Below, one piece after another: positions 62,000-64,000 of a stretch of 64,000 bases of DNA (position 1 is its first letter; every line of letters starts with the position of its first letter). The position numbers and the translations under genes were made by a program. Under the pieces are notes generated by a model that searched no databases, was not told the DNA's origin, and saw only the letters and a program-made list of their open reading frames with translations. Source of the DNA: Moniliella sp. 'wahieum' (lineage: Eukaryota); NCBI GenBank assembly GCA_003971905.1, contig RSEE01000065.1, positions 310,001-374,000 on the forward strand. The letters are read 5' to 3'.

Positions 62000-64000
62000 A
62001 CCAAGGGCCCTCTACCTTCAACATCAACGTCTCTGGCGCTGCAGATACATGGAGAAAGTATGTGAATACATAGGATGGCCCTCCAAAAGCCATGCCAGAG
62101 AAGGCCAACGGAAAGAGATGCATACTACGATGCGACCACTTTAGCCGTCTTGCGTTCCAGCTCCTCCAGCCGCACTTCAAGCTCGTCGGCTCGATCACGG
62201 ATGAGAAGCAGACGCTCCAAATCGCGTAGAAACGCACCTGTCGAATCACCCGAACAGGCCGCATTGCCCGGCGAAATTGGCGAGGCTGCCGCCACGCCCA
62301 AGGCCGAGTCCAGCGCCGAAAAGTCTTCATCCCAATCCAGGCCGGTTAACAGCGCTGCTGCTGCCTCTTGGCGACTGAGTTTGGTCTTGGAATTTTTGTC
62401 CATTGCTTTGGCCTTGGACGCTTTGGTAGTCTTGTGCGCCGACTTGTCCCGCCCAATCGTTCCTGGGGAGTGGGGGTAGGGTAGAAGAGGCGGTGGCCTC
62501 CTCAAACATCAGCACCATTCTCCGACTCACGGAACTGCCAATCCCCAAAAGTTGCTCGCTCTTTCTTTGGCCTCTTGAGGGAGAGAGGGCAGTACGAAAC
62601 GAATTTTGCCCAGGTGTCTGCGTCCATCCCATCGGGTTGGACGAGGGTAGACTCAGCACCAGGATAGGGGTTAGGCAGTTCACGCTGTTTCCCCTTGTAC
62701 ACAGCAAATTTAGGACGTTCCGACGCGGTCTTCCGCCTCTTTCCGGTACAGGGTCAAACGCACAATGGAAAGTAGAACTTTTTCCCAGTCCGAAATCAGG
62801 CCAAGCCGAGAAGGGATGAGGGGCCGGCGGAGAGGGGATGCCCATTCGCACCTTGTTTTGGGCATCGAAGCAAGGGTGAGGGAAGAGGTTGCGGTCTTGT
62901 CTGCTGGGATGCGGAACGAGGGCATCGGAAATGACTTGGTATGCGTCTTCCAGACCCGACTCAATCATTCGGACAGCCGTGGCTGGATCAAAGTTTTTCG
63001 GATCGGCCCGAGGCTTGGACAGGGCTAGGTAGTTTGGTTTGGTTTTGGGGGTTGGGGGATGGGGTTTCCCTCCCGGCTGATCCTCCTCTTACATCTTACC
63101 CATTGTGCAAGTCGAGGGGGAAGAGGCAGCAGACCATGTCGCCCACCATTGACATAACCCCGCTCCAGGTCTGCGTCCGACACAAATCCACAAGAACGCG
63201 ATACGTCGCGGCCCGTCTTGGCGGAGACGAGTTCGGCGAAGATCATGGCGAACGCGACTTGCTCGGTAACCTGTGATGGATTGGACGCAAAGCATTCTCC
63301 CTGGTAGGCAGGGGGAGCAGTGGCCGGGGACAAGTCTGTGCTTAAAGTGGGTTGAGGAGGTAATACAGGTTCAGGCTTGGGAAGGGGATGGGAAGATGAG
63401 CTCCCGACACCACGATCAACCGAGTCAGACAAAGAGCTGTTGAGGCATGTACCTTAGCCGTCGGGGTAAGACTACTCGGCGCTGGCGGAGAAAGTCTGTT
63501 TTTTGTCGTTGGAGTAAGGTGTTTGTAGGCATCGGTGAAGGACCGGGACCTTTGATACCGAAGATGGTGACAAGGGTTCTTCGCTCGTCCCCGGCGTTTC
63601 CAAAGACGCATTGACAGGGTTTAACTCAGGTTCATCCTCTTCCGACTCCCACTCCGCCTCGTCGTCATATTCCACCGACTCCTCGGAATCAGACTTGGGA
63701 GGAGGGCGGGGTGGGCGGAGCCCAATGTCGGGGTGAGACGCAGCTCGGTAAGTCGCATCCAGGTTATCATGAATCTCGAAGAGTTGATCCAGGGTATCGC
63801 GCATGCCCCTTAGTTGTCCCAGGCGTCGGCTGACGTCGGCAACCAATATATCGGAGACTTCGGCGGTAGCTGCGCCAAAGGGAGTGGAGGCCAGACCGGC
63901 TGTGGCCCGGGCGGCTTCCTCCGCATGCTTGGCCATGCGAGCAGTTGCTTCCGCCAGAACACACTGTTTCTTCATAAGCTCCACCTGCCGATTGGCTTGT
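62000..64000 (-). CDS. Hypothetical multi-exon protein, 5' end probably beyond the window; coiled-coil and acidic segments
   Basis: Chain of protein-like minus-strand ORFs (63472-63984, 63025-63432, 62327-62968, 62125-62505) with GT..AG intron candidates near 63090-63030 and 62845-62757; no family recognised. Confidence 0.5.

Overview
Compact eukaryotic genomic DNA with short GT-AG introns (mostly 55-90 nt, CTAAC/CTGAC branch points). The gene repertoire (DUF6534, Rua1-like, DUF1765, NI9M) points to a basidiomycete fungus. About 18 protein-coding genes are recognisable, plus two hypotheticals: BUD22, a C2H2+fungal-TF regulator, HSE1/STAM, a secreted His-phosphatase, a CSR1-like CRAL-TRIO protein, ERJ5, REG1-like, ATP4, complex I 9.5 kDa subunit, a CID protein, Sds3/DEP1-like, Rua1-like, DUF1765, DUF6534, a Zn2Cys6 factor, formamidase, PEF1 and a PUF protein. 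Most carry 1-nt indels that look like sequencing or assembly error, so gene boundaries are approximate. A TE-rich block (about 29.7-41.8 kb) holds three elements. One is a full-length, young Ty1/Copia element (160-bp LTRs, GCTCT TSD) whose gag and pol are separated by a single in-frame UAG. The second is a decayed RLE-type (CRE/MoTeR-like) non-LTR fragment. The third is an unclassified 1.6-kb insertion with direct terminal repeats, a CCHC mini-ORF and an exact 27-bp TSD. The most unusual signal is a family of intergenic 7-bp tandem units sharing one grammar (T-N-A plus a 4-bp palindrome, with many different palindromes). The same units also fill a deletion junction, which suggests DNA synthesised at repaired breaks.
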